DNA of 33,237 nt from an uncultured Eubacteriales bacterium. GTDB taxonomy: Bacteria; Bacillota; Clostridia; Acetivibrionales; STF1-152. Shown piece after piece: positions 1-7,746 of the stretch (the stretch's first letter is position 1; each line of letters opens with the position of its first letter). The notes under the pieces are model-generated. The model did not search any database. It was given only the letters and a program-made list of their open reading frames with translations, and was not told the origin of the DNA. The position numbers and the translations under genes are program-made. The stretch is taken from NCBI GenBank assembly GCA_964471145.1, contig CAYYGK010000003.1, positions 1 to 33,237 of the forward strand, written 5' to 3'.

Positions 1-235
1 TGCCCTGAATATTTTACACAGACAAGGACTATTGCCTGCAACCTTATATATTCACCTGTCAATGTACTATAGTATTATTTTACCATAAGTGAACATGAGA
101 TTGCAAGATTGTTATAGCAATAGCAATTGATCTCTCCATTTACAGTAGATGGGAGACTTCTTGCATTGTTAAGTTAAATTTACTACACCCCGAATTTATG
201 GTAAAATAGACTCATTAAATAAAGAGGTTTTTAAT

Positions 236-1318
236 ATGAGTGATGAGAGGAAACAACAGGAGAAAATAAAACTTGACCAGATTATGAAGCTGCTTTTCAG
301 GATGTCAAAGAAAGTAACGCTGGATTTGATAAATGGGCTTTTTGAAGAGGAGTTTTCAAGTGATGAGGTCAGCGTTGAGTATGGAAACAGTGAGTTCGTG
401 AAAGATGACCTTGACCGGATAACAGGTGATGTTTTCATAAACATACATAAGGGAACATACCTGTACCACTACCATATTGAGTTTCAGACAACCAATGACA
501 ACAGTATGGTAATAAGGATGTTCCAGTATGGATTTGAAAAAGCAAGGGAGTTAAGCAATGCAGCAGGGCAGGAGGAAATCAGGCTTGATTTTCCAAAACA
601 GCTGGTTATCTTCATTGAAGAGAATGAAAACATTGCCGATGAGCTTTCCCTTGTGATGGTGCTGCCTGATGGCAAGGAAGTTAAGTACAGGATTCCTACA
701 ATGAAATACTGGCAGTATTCGGCTGAGGACTTGAAGAATAAAAGGCTGTATGCACTGCTTCCACTTCAGGTGTTTAAACTCAGGAAAAGAATAGCTGCAA
801 TATATAACAGCAATAAAAAACACGAAGTAAAGGCGCAGCTTATTAATAAAGAATTCAACATATTATTGGATGTAATAAGGAATACTGTTGATACAATAAG
901 GGATATAAATATCAGAGAAGAACTATTAGCCAGCGATTTGGAAAAAATATTAAGGGTAATTACAAATATATCGGAATACTTGTATAACAAGTATGGTGAG
1001 TATGCTAAAACGGGTGAGGAGGTGTACCGTATGGTAAAAACATTGTATGATCCGGCTGTTGAAGAAAGAGGCATCAAGAAAGGAATTATTAAAGGTAAGA
1101 TTAAAGGTAAGATTGAAGGTAAGATTGAAGGTAAGATTGAAGGTAAGATTGAAGGTAAGATTGAGGCCGTAATAGAGCTTCTTGAAGATTTGGGAAGTGT
1201 ATCGGCTGAATTGGAAGAAAAGATAAAACAGCAACAGGATCCTGCTCTCTTATCCAAGTGGCACAAACTGGCGGCAAGAGTAAACAGTATTGAAGAGTTC
1301 AAAGAAAAAATACTATAG
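236..1318 (+). CDS. Rpn-family / PD-(D/E)XK nuclease-type putative transposase (YhgA-like) with an internal (GKIE)n repeat
   Basis: 360-aa ORF with an AAAGAGG RBS just upstream of the ATG. The N-terminal core GDVFINI...YHYHIEFQTTNDNSMVIRMFQYG fits the D...E-x-Q nuclease core of this family. The C-terminal tail (ELLEDLG...LSKWHKLA...IEEF) is typical of these proteins. Confidence 0.7.
   Translation: MSDERKQQEKIKLDQIMKLLFRMSKKVTLDLINGLFEEEFSSDEVSVEYGNSEFVKDDLDRITGDVFINIHKGTYLYHYHIEFQTTNDNSMVIRMFQYGFEKARELSNAAGQEEIRLDFPKQLVIFIEENENIADELSLVMVLPDGKEVKYRIPTMKYWQYSAEDLKNKRLYALLPLQVFKLRKRIAAIYNSNKKHEVKAQLINKEFNILLDVIRNTVDTIRDINIREELLASDLEKILRVITNISEYLYNKYGEYAKTGEEVYRMVKTLYDPAVEERGIKKGIIKGKIKGKIEGKIEGKIEGKIEGKIEAVIELLEDLGSVSAELEEKIKQQQDPALLSKWHKLAARVNSIEEFKEKIL
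1094..1165 (+). repeat. In-frame 12-bp tandem repeat (GGTAAGATTGAA, about 6 units) encoding GKIK/GKIE repeats
   Basis: Direct reading gives ggtaagattaaa, then four copies of ggtaagattgaa, then ggtaagattgag. The unit length is a multiple of 3, so copy-number change keeps the frame. Confidence 0.95.
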
Positions 1319-1375
1319 ATCTGCACATTTTAAACTCTCGGTTCCCCGGGGGTTTTTTGTTGTCAGAACGGTTGT

Positions 1376-1457
1376 GGAGGTGTACCGTATGGTAAAAACA
1401 TTGTATGATCCGGCTGTTGAAGAGAGAGGCATTAAGAAAGGAATTATTAAAGGTAAG
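1376..1457 (+). pseudogene. 82-bp duplicated fragment of the Rpn gene 3' region (remnant of a paralog or a partial duplication)
   Basis: 1376..1457 matches 1018..1099 at 80 of 82 positions by manual alignment. It encodes EVYRMVKTLYDPAVEERGIKKGIIKGK. The similarity stops exactly where the tandem repeat starts in the intact gene. The fragment lies in the spurious ORF 1290..1547. Confidence 0.8.
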
Positions 1458-1475
1458 CATGATGTCATTGAATTA

Positions 1476-1703
1476 TTACCTTATCGGTATTCCCCTCTTT
1501 CTCACATGTTGGAACAGGTCCTTGTTTGCGTACATGCCGCAGTATAGCCATACGGGAATTACCGCAATGCCTGCTGTAAATATGCAAAGCAGAAGCATGA
1601 GCGATGCAGGGGATTTTAAGCCCCTTTTCATGTACCAGAAGGGGCCTTCAAAGAATGCATTCCTGTTAAAACCTGATGTGCGGCATACCTCGAATTTAAG
1701 CAT
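1476..1703 (-). CDS. Small membrane protein, DUF2628-like (paralog 1)
   Basis: 75-aa ORF with an AAGGAG RBS 7 nt upstream of the ATG on the minus strand. It has the motif GFN..AF..GPFWY followed by a hydrophobic helix (IPVWLYCG). About 43% identical by eye to the ORF at 6222..6449. Confidence 0.7.
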   Translation of the reverse strand: MLKFEVCRTSGFNRNAFFEGPFWYMKRGLKSPASLMLLLCIFTAGIAVIPVWLYCGMYANKDLFQHVRKRGIPIR

Positions 1704-1754
1704 GTGATACTCCTTATTTTGCGTTTGAGCACTGATGAAGCAGTGTGTATATAT

Positions 1755-1783
1755 ATGATACTACCCTGAGAGTGTTTTTTCAA
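1755..1783 (-). promoter_or_regulatory. Candidate sigma-A promoter for the small membrane protein gene (TTGAAA-N17-TATCAT on the minus strand)
   Basis: The reverse complement reads TTGAAA aaacactctcagggtag TATCAT, about 50 nt upstream of the start at 1703. The same GTAGTATCAT -10 block is found upstream of the paralog at 6449. Confidence 0.5.
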
Positions 1784-1894
1784 AGATGGTGGTATGGAAA
1801 GGCTGTAATGCAGCAGATTCAGGTGCTTGAGCTGTGGAAATAGCGGGAAATGAAACCTCTTTTTTCACTTGTTTGTTAAATTAAGCTTTTGGTC

Positions 1895-1923
1895 TTGACA
1901 CCCTGTCCTTATAGGGAGACAAT
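1895..1923 (+). promoter_or_regulatory. Candidate promoter for ugd (TTGACA-N17-GACAAT)
   Basis: Perfect -35 TTGACA at 1895..1900, followed by ACCCTGTC, which also follows the -35 box at 3939. The -10 GACAAT at 1918..1923 is weak. Confidence 0.35.
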
Positions 1924-1960
1924 AGTACCTGAAAGTTTTTTGGACAGGGGGATAAAAGAT

Positions 1961-3277
1961 TTGAAAATAGGGGTTTTTGGCACCGGGTATGTGGGGCTGG
2001 TTTCAGGGGTGTGCATTGCCGATTTCGGGCTTAATGTGACATGTGTGGATATTGACGAGAAGAAGATCAGGATGCTAAAGAAGGGAAAGGTGCCCATATA
2101 TGAGCCGGGGCTTGATGTTTACCTTGCAAGGAACATACGCGAGGAGAGGATCAGTTTTACAACGGGTCAGAAGGAGGCGGTTGAAAACAGCGATGTGCTG
2201 TTCATAGCTGTGGGTACGCCCTCCGGGGAAGACGGTACTGCGGATCTTTCGTGTGTATACAGTGTTGCGTCGGCTGTGGGGAAGCATATGAACGGCTACA
2301 AGGTAATAGTCAACAAGAGCACCGTTCCGGTGGGTACGGGAAGGAAGGTCAGGGAGATAATTGAGAATGAGCTTGAGGCAAGAGGAGTAAAGCATGAGTT
2401 CGACGTTGTATCAAACCCCGAATTTCTGCGTGAGGGCAAGGCCATACAGGACTTTACCCACCCCGACAGGATAGTGACAGGTACGGAGAGCGAGAAGGCG
2501 GCGGAGATAATGAGGAAGGTTTACAGGCCGCTTTACCTTAATGAGATCCCGTTCATACACACAAACTTAGAGACAGCCGAGATGATAAAGTATGCCTGCA
2601 ATGCATTCCTTGCAACAAAAATCAGCTTTATAAACGAGATAGCAAACCTGTGTGAAAAGGCCGGTGCAAATGTACAGCAGGTCGCAAGGGCAATGGGACG
2701 GGACGGCAGGATAAGCCCCAAATTCCTGCATGCCGGTCCGGGATTCGGCGGCAGCTGTTTTCCCAAGGATACAAGGGCGCTTGCCGGGATTGGAAGGGAA
2801 AAAGGAAGCATCATGCATGTAGTGGAAGCCGTCATAGAGACAAACGAGAAGCAAAAGCTTGCGGTTTCGCAAAGACTGGCAGGGGAGCTTAAAGGACTTG
2901 AGGGCAGGAAGGTGTGCCTGCTTGGCCTTACATTCAAGCCCGAGACAGATGACATAAGGGAGGCGCCTTCCCTGGCTGTGATTGAAAGCCTTGCAAAGGG
3001 CGGCGCACAGGTAAGGGCATACGACCCTGAGGGTATGGAAACAGCACGGGAGGCCCTTTCCCGTGTTGAGGGCATTGTGTTCTGCAAGCATGCATACGAC
3101 GCAGCCGAGGGTGCTGATGCACTTGTTATACTTACCGAGTGGCATGAATTCAGGAACATGGACCTTATGCTTCTGAGGAAGATAATGAAAACCCCCGTAT
3201 TCTACGACACAAGAAACATATATGTGCGTGAGGATGTCGAAACGGCAGGGTTTAGATACATGGGGACGGGCACATGA
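1961..3277 (+). CDS. ugd: UDP-glucose 6-dehydrogenase
   Basis: NAD-binding motif KIGVFGTGYVGLV at the N-terminus and catalytic-Cys motif GFGGSCFPKD. Length and C-terminal UDP-binding domain are typical. I place the start at TTG 1961 (GGGGGA RBS 8 nt upstream) rather than the ORF-track TTG at 1889, which would contain the candidate promoter. Confidence 0.9.
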   Translation: MKIGVFGTGYVGLVSGVCIADFGLNVTCVDIDEKKIRMLKKGKVPIYEPGLDVYLARNIREERISFTTGQKEAVENSDVLFIAVGTPSGEDGTADLSCVYSVASAVGKHMNGYKVIVNKSTVPVGTGRKVREIIENELEARGVKHEFDVVSNPEFLREGKAIQDFTHPDRIVTGTESEKAAEIMRKVYRPLYLNEIPFIHTNLETAEMIKYACNAFLATKISFINEIANLCEKAGANVQQVARAMGRDGRISPKFLHAGPGFGGSCFPKDTRALAGIGREKGSIMHVVEAVIETNEKQKLAVSQRLAGELKGLEGRKVCLLGLTFKPETDDIREAPSLAVIESLAKGGAQVRAYDPEGMETAREALSRVEGIVFCKHAYDAAEGADALVILTEWHEFRNMDLMLLRKIMKTPVFYDTRNIYVREDVETAGFRYMGTGT

Positions 3278-3867
3278 CGGGAAGGCGCAAATGGCTTAAG
3301 GCTGCAATTATAGCCGCAGGAATTGCGGCGGCGGGCTGTATCTGCTTTGTGATATTTGCAGGAAGGTTTCTTGCGGTTAGTGACAATATTGGAGACGCAG
3401 ACGCAATAGTGGTGCTCTCCGGGGAGAGCAGCGGCAGCAGGGAGGAGACCGGCGTAAGGCTCTACAGGGAAGGCTGTGCCAACCTTATAATAATGTCTGG
3501 CGGTCTTGTCGGGTGGAGAACCACCCATGCCTCCATAATGAAGGAGCATGCAGTTTACATGGGGGTACCTGAAGAGAATGTGGTGGTGGAGGGCCGCTCG
3601 GAGACAACATATCAGAACGCTGTCCATACAAGGGAGATCGTGAAGGAAAGAGGGATTCATTCAATCCTTATTGTTACAAGTTCATACCATATGAAAAGGT
3701 CTCTGTACATATTCAGGAAGGTTTTCCGGGGTACAGGGGTGGAGCTCTACTGGTGCTCGTCAGGCGTGCCGTACTTTACACCTTCCGGATGGTGGCGGAG
3801 TGACAAGGGCATAAAGGTTGTGGGCATGGAGTATCTCAAATTCATATGGTATCTGCTCAGATACTGA
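3274..3867 (+). CDS. YdcF/SanA-type DUF218 domain protein with an N-terminal membrane anchor
   Basis: ATGA overlap with the ugd stop. N-terminal TM segment (AAIIAAGIAAAGCICFVIFAG). DUF218-like blocks DAIVVLSGE, LIIMSGG, VEGRSETTYQNA and ILIVTSSYHMKRS. Confidence 0.75.
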   Translation: MTGRRKWLKAAIIAAGIAAAGCICFVIFAGRFLAVSDNIGDADAIVVLSGESSGSREETGVRLYREGCANLIIMSGGLVGWRTTHASIMKEHAVYMGVPEENVVVEGRSETTYQNAVHTREIVKERGIHSILIVTSSYHMKRSLYIFRKVFRGTGVELYWCSSGVPYFTPSGWWRSDKGIKVVGMEYLKFIWYLLRY

Positions 3868-3938
3868 AGGCTCCTGCTTTTTTTGCTCAGGCACAGGGAA
3901 GCATGTTTTAAGAAATTGTTAAAAATAGATATTTGATG

Positions 3939-3968
3939 TTGACGCACCCTGTCAGTTTTTAATATAAT
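3939..3968 (+). promoter_or_regulatory. Candidate sigma-A promoter for the wzz-kinase-phosphatase unit (TTGACG-N18-TATAAT)
   Basis: TTGACG at 3939..3944 and consensus TATAAT at 3963..3968, in the 142-nt gap before the ATG at 4010. Confidence 0.55.
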
Positions 3969-4009
3969 TAGAAGGCATAGATAAATATATAGAATGCAAG
4001 GGGTCATAA

Positions 4010-4693
4010 ATGGATAACAATTTTGAGGAAATAAACCTGTCTGAGATACTGGCAGTTCTTGCCAGCAGGTGGTGGATAGTTTTTTTTGCCATGCTGCTAT
4101 GCCTTATAATTGCAGGGGGTTACACATTTTACCTTACCGAACCTGTCTACCAGTCGGACACAAGCCTTTATGTAGGGAAAAAGGTTGATACGCAGGGGGC
4201 AATAGCATACAATGACCTGATACTTGCCGACAGGCTTGTAAACGACTACAGGGAGCTTGTAAAAAGCAGGCTGGTCACCGGCATGGTCATAAAGGAACTG
4301 GACCTTGAGATGACAAGCGGGACACTTGCCCGGATGATCAATGTCAACTCCAAGAAGGACACCCGGCTTATAGAGATTACAGCAGAGAATACAGACCCTG
4401 AGATGGCTATGAAGACAGCAAACAAGATAGCTGAGGTCTTCAAGGAGAAGGTTGTTGAAATAATGGATGTGGAAAACGTCAAGGTTATAGACCAGGCCAT
4501 ACTTCCCACCAGCCCTGTCCGGCCCAATGTCAGGCTCAACCTGGCGATTTCGCTGGTGCTGGGATTTATGCTGGGCGTCTTTATAGTGTTTGTTGCGGAG
4601 TATTTCGACCGTTCGGTAAAGACCCCCGAAGACGTAAAAAAAGCAGTCGGACTGCCGGTAATCGGCATGATACCCGAATTCTCGGAGGAGTGA
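4010..4693 (+). CDS. Wzz/CpsC-type polysaccharide chain-length determinant (transmembrane modulator of the BY-kinase)
   Basis: 227 aa with N- and C-terminal TM helices flanking a periplasm-like domain. Opening sequence EINLSEILAVLASRWW is typical, as is the Pro-rich motif AILPTSPVRPN before TM2. It lies directly upstream of the kinase. Confidence 0.85.
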   Translation: MDNNFEEINLSEILAVLASRWWIVFFAMLLCLIIAGGYTFYLTEPVYQSDTSLYVGKKVDTQGAIAYNDLILADRLVNDYRELVKSRLVTGMVIKELDLEMTSGTLARMINVNSKKDTRLIEITAENTDPEMAMKTANKIAEVFKEKVVEIMDVENVKVIDQAILPTSPVRPNVRLNLAISLVLGFMLGVFIVFVAEYFDRSVKTPEDVKKAVGLPVIGMIPEFSEE

Positions 4694-4697
4694 AAAA

Positions 4698-5429
4698 ATG
4701 TTTGAGGAAAACGCCAACCTGCTTATATCTTTAAGCGATCCAAAATCACCTGTTTCCGAGGCATACAGGGTTTTAAGGACCAATGTTCAGTTCTCCGCCA
4801 TAGACAAGCCGCTAAAGAGCCTTGTAATAACCAGTGCAGGGCCGGGGGAGGGCAAGTCAATCACGGTATGCAACACCGCCATAACCTTTGCACAGGCGGG
4901 CAGCAGGGTATTGGTTATCGACGGTGACCTGAGGAAGCCCAAGATACACAAGATATTCGGGCTCAAGAACAGGAAGGGGCTTACAAATATCCTTGCGCTG
5001 CATGAGGACTATCATGACTATGTTGAAAGCGGGCCGGTAAGCAACCTGGATATCCTTACAAGCGGGGCAATACCCCCAAACCCTTCAGAACTCCTGTCAT
5101 CCAGGTCTATGAAGGAGCTGCTCGGCAGGATCTCCGAAGAGTATGATTATGTTCTGGTTGACTCACCCCCTGTGGGTGTTGTCACCGATGCATCGATTAT
5201 TTCAACAATTGTTGATGGAACTGTTCTTGTAGTGGCGTCAAGGCAGGTGGAAGCAGAAGCGCTCCGCCATTCCAGGGAGCTTTTGGATAAAGTGAATGCC
5301 AACATCATAGGAGTTGTACTAAACAAGATTTCCCGCAGCGAAAAAGGCGGCTACTACTATTACTACTATTACTACGGCAGCGACAGCAAAAGTACCAGGA
5401 AGAAGAAAAGGGGAAGGAAAGAGGCTTAA
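4698..5429 (+). CDS. CpsD/CapB-type bacterial tyrosine kinase (BY-kinase) with a C-terminal Tyr cluster
   Basis: Walker A SAGPGEGKS, Walker A' VIDGDLRKP, Walker B VLVDSPP. The C-terminal run is GGYYYYYYYYGSD. Confidence 0.9.
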   Translation: MFEENANLLISLSDPKSPVSEAYRVLRTNVQFSAIDKPLKSLVITSAGPGEGKSITVCNTAITFAQAGSRVLVIDGDLRKPKIHKIFGLKNRKGLTNILALHEDYHDYVESGPVSNLDILTSGAIPPNPSELLSSRSMKELLGRISEEYDYVLVDSPPVGVVTDASIISTIVDGTVLVVASRQVEAEALRHSRELLDKVNANIIGVVLNKISRSEKGGYYYYYYYYGSDSKSTRKKKRGRKEA

Positions 5430-5430
5430 G

Positions 5431-6225
5431 ATGTACGCCGATATCCATGCGCACATGCTTCCCGGACTGGATGACGGTGCCGCTGATATGGAAACTGCGG
5501 TCAGGATGGCCCTGATAGCATACCGGGAAGGCATAAGGCATATGATTATAACACCGCACTATATTTCCGGGCGGATGGAAAACGGCTGCGATGTCGTTGA
5601 CAGAGGAATCGAAAGTCTTAATGCAGAGCTTTTCAAACGGGAAATAGACTTAAGAATATATCCGGGAAATGAAATGTTCCTTGACATGGAAACCGCAAAG
5701 CGTGTCGAAGACTGCAGGGCGTATTCCCTGAACTCATCCCGCTATGTGCTTGTTGAGCTCCCGCTCTCCGAAGTGCCCGGATACACTGCTGAAGCGCTTT
5801 TTGGCCTTTCGGTGAAGGGATATGTTCCAGTTGTTGCACATCCCGAGCGGAACATAGAAATTGCAGGCAGTCCTGATATTCTGGGTGCTTTCATCAAAAA
5901 CGGAGTGCTTTCGCAGGTTAATGCTTCAAGCTTAAGAGGTGTTTACGGAAACCCGGTCAGGAAAACAGCATTTAAACTCCTTAAAAGCGGCATGGTGCAT
6001 TTTGTCGCAAGTGATGCACACACGCTGTCCGGCAGGAGGCCGGCCATGAACAGTGTTTTTGAGCTTGTTGGGGAGAGATTCGGTGAAGAATTCGCAAGGG
6101 CACTCTTTTTGGATAACGGGATGGCGGTCATTGAGGACAGACAGATAAAAGCAGGGGTATTCAAGCCCCCGCAAAGGCCCGGTAAGGGCTTAATCGGTTC
6201 GGTTCTTGACAGGATAAGGCCCTAG
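5431..6225 (+). CDS. CpsB/YwqE-type PHP-family protein-tyrosine phosphatase
   Basis: N-terminus MYADIHAHMLPGLDDGA, then ITPH, VAHPER and ASDAH metal-binding blocks. It starts 2 nt after the kinase stop. Confidence 0.9.
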   Translation: MYADIHAHMLPGLDDGAADMETAVRMALIAYREGIRHMIITPHYISGRMENGCDVVDRGIESLNAELFKREIDLRIYPGNEMFLDMETAKRVEDCRAYSLNSSRYVLVELPLSEVPGYTAEALFGLSVKGYVPVVAHPERNIEIAGSPDILGAFIKNGVLSQVNASSLRGVYGNPVRKTAFKLLKSGMVHFVASDAHTLSGRRPAMNSVFELVGERFGEEFARALFLDNGMAVIEDRQIKAGVFKPPQRPGKGLIGSVLDRIRP

Positions 6226-6449
6226 TTTCTTATGTAGGTGTTGGTTTTCTTAAGATGCCGGTAGAAATCACTGTTGCCCTTCAAACCGCAGTATATCCAG
6301 ACAGGAATGATACCTGTACCCACAGAAGCGATACATATAAATATAAGCAGGATACCCTTTCCTATCATGCCCTTGCATAAATACCAGAACGGTCCTGCAG
6401 CGAGGGCCCGCTTATTGAACCCGCTCTTTTGCACCGATATTCTTTTCAT
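6222..6449 (-). CDS. Small membrane protein, DUF2628-like (paralog 2)
   Basis: 75-aa ORF with a GGAGGATGAG RBS on the minus strand. Motif GFNKRALAAGPFWY and helix IIPVWIYCG. Its stop codon overlaps the convergent phosphatase stop within the palindrome CTAG (6222..6225). Confidence 0.7.
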   Translation of the reverse strand: MKRISVQKSGFNKRALAAGPFWYLCKGMIGKGILLIFICIASVGTGIIPVWIYCGLKGNSDFYRHLKKTNTYIRN

Positions 6450-6539
6450 AGCATCTCATCCTCCGGCAGCAGGGCTGCCGCAAATCTCTATCTGTTCTGC
6501 TTTTTGTCTGCATTCAGGCTGGAAGTTTTACGCACTTAC

Positions 6540-6568
6540 ATGATACTACATAATGTAACATAATTCAA
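6540..6568 (-). promoter_or_regulatory. Candidate promoter for paralog 2 (TTGAAT-N17-TATCAT on the minus strand)
   Basis: The reverse complement reads TTGAAT tatgttacattatgtag TATCAT. This is the same architecture and the same GTAGTATCAT block as at 1755..1783. Confidence 0.5.
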
Positions 6569-6613
6569 TGTTTAAAAGTAAAAAAACTGTTAAGAAAAGG
6601 AGATGAAAACTTA

Positions 6614-7600
6614 ATGAAACACGGTAAGATTGATATTGAAAAAGGATCCACATTCCTGGTTACCGGGGGTGCCGGCTTTATCGGGTCAAATATTGTGGAG
6701 GCTTTGCTTGAGGAAGGATTCAAAACAAGGGTGCTGGACAATTTTTCAACCGGCAAGAGGGAGAACATACAGGACTTCCTGGGGGACAGCCTTTTTGAGA
6801 TAATCGAGGGGGATATCAGGGACGAGGGTGTGTGCAGGCAGGCGTGTGAAGGAATGGACTACATTTTGCACCAGGGAGCGCTGGGTTCCGTGCCCAGGTC
6901 GGTGAGTGACCCGGTTACCACAAATGACGTGAACATCGGCGGCACACTCAACATGCTGGTGGCCGCAAGGGACTGCGGCGTCAAGGTGTTTGTGTATGCC
7001 TCCTCGTCATCCGTGTATGGGGACGAACAGCAGCTGCCCAAGGTAGAGCACAGAGTGGGAAGGCCGCTTTCGCCATATGCCACAACAAAAAGGGTAAATG
7101 AGTTCTATGCGCAAAATTTCCATGACCTTTACGGCCTTAAAACCATAGGATTAAGGTACTTTAACGTATTCGGCAGGAGGCAGGACGCCCGTTCTGTGTA
7201 TGCCGCAGTGATACCGATATTCGTAATAAACCTGCTAAAGGGCACCCGGCCTGTCATAAACGGGGACGGGGAGCAGTCCAGGGACTTTACGCATATTGAC
7301 AATGTGATACAGGCAAACATTAAGGCGTGTACCGCAGGAAGCAGGGCGTGGGGTGAGGCGTTCAACATAGCATGCGGTTCAAGGGCCACCATAAACCAGC
7401 TCTATGACAAGCTGCGCACTTTGACGGGCAAGGACCTGGAGCCTGAGTACGGCCCGGAAAGGCCAGGGGACGTAAAACACTCAAATGCTGATATCAGCAA
7501 GGCAGAGGATATACTTGGATACCGCCCGGAGGTGGATATGGATGCAGGACTTGAGAAGGCTATAGGGTGGTATGTGCAAAACCTGACAACGGGATGTTAA
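6614..7600 (+). CDS. NAD-dependent SDR epimerase, TviC/WbpP-like (UDP-GlcNAc / UDP-GlcNAcA C4-epimerase family)
   Basis: VTGGAGFIGSN Rossmann motif, SSSSVYG, and the catalytic YxxxK in SPYATTKRVNE. Blocks LDNFSTG, GDGEQSRDFTHIDNV and PGDVKHSNADISKA resemble the TviC/WbpP subgroup. Confidence 0.8.
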   Translation: MKHGKIDIEKGSTFLVTGGAGFIGSNIVEALLEEGFKTRVLDNFSTGKRENIQDFLGDSLFEIIEGDIRDEGVCRQACEGMDYILHQGALGSVPRSVSDPVTTNDVNIGGTLNMLVAARDCGVKVFVYASSSSVYGDEQQLPKVEHRVGRPLSPYATTKRVNEFYAQNFHDLYGLKTIGLRYFNVFGRRQDARSVYAAVIPIFVINLLKGTRPVINGDGEQSRDFTHIDNVIQANIKACTAGSRAWGEAFNIACGSRATINQLYDKLRTLTGKDLEPEYGPERPGDVKHSNADISKAEDILGYRPEVDMDAGLEKAIGWYVQNLTTGC

Positions 7601-7710
7601 TATGTAGCATAAAATGTCATAAAAGCATAGACTTTAGCGGGCAATAATATGCGTTTTCGACAACAACTCCAATTCTTTTTAGACCCTTCAAATCCACAAA
7701 AATCAACATA

Positions 7711-7739
7711 TTGATTTTAAAAGTGCCGTGTGATAACAT
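7711..7739 (+). promoter_or_regulatory. Candidate promoter for the main biosynthetic operon (TTGATT-N17-TAACAT with an extended -10 TG)
   Basis: TTGATT at 7711..7716, TG at 7731..7732 and TAACAT at 7734..7739. The -35 box is the right arm of the palindrome AATCAA-CATA-TTGATT (7701..7716). Confidence 0.4.
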
Positions 7740-7746
7740 ACTGCCG

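Noticed and set aside
1094-1165. Considered whether the short tandem repeat could be a CRISPR array
   Set aside because: The units are contiguous 12-mers with no spacers, and they lie in frame inside a protein-coding gene. There are no cas genes.
766-1326. Minus-strand ORFs (766..1326 and 950..1234) with striking ILPS/LTFN peptide repeats
   Set aside because: The peptide repeats are simply the reverse-frame translation of the 12-bp tandem repeat inside the plus-strand Rpn gene. They are not independent genes.
1336-1361. Terminator-like CCCCGGGGG followed by a T6 run after the Rpn gene
   Set aside because: The G/C stretch is self-complementary but leaves essentially no loop, so a stable hairpin is doubtful. 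It is recorded as uncertain rather than called.
1405-1707. 100-aa plus-strand ORF
   Set aside because: It is antisense to the DUF2628-like gene, which has a strong RBS, a conserved promoter and a paralog in the window. The plus-strand translation has no features.
1889-1960. N-terminal extension of ugd from the ORF-track TTG start
   Set aside because: The extension has no homology-like content and would contain the candidate promoter. The conserved NAD-binding motif begins right after TTG 1961, which has a GGGGGA RBS.
1704-1960. Possible riboswitch (for example c-di-GMP) or JUMPStart/ops element in the ugd leader
   Set aside because: I could not find the conserved cores of these elements (GEMM-type motifs, GGCGGTAG) or a convincing multi-stem structure by eye.
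3846-3885. Possible terminator after the DUF218 gene (GTATCT-GCTC-AGATAC hairpin, later T7 run)
   Set aside because: The hairpin lies within the coding 3' end and is separated from the T run by about 13 nt, so it is not a canonical intrinsic terminator.
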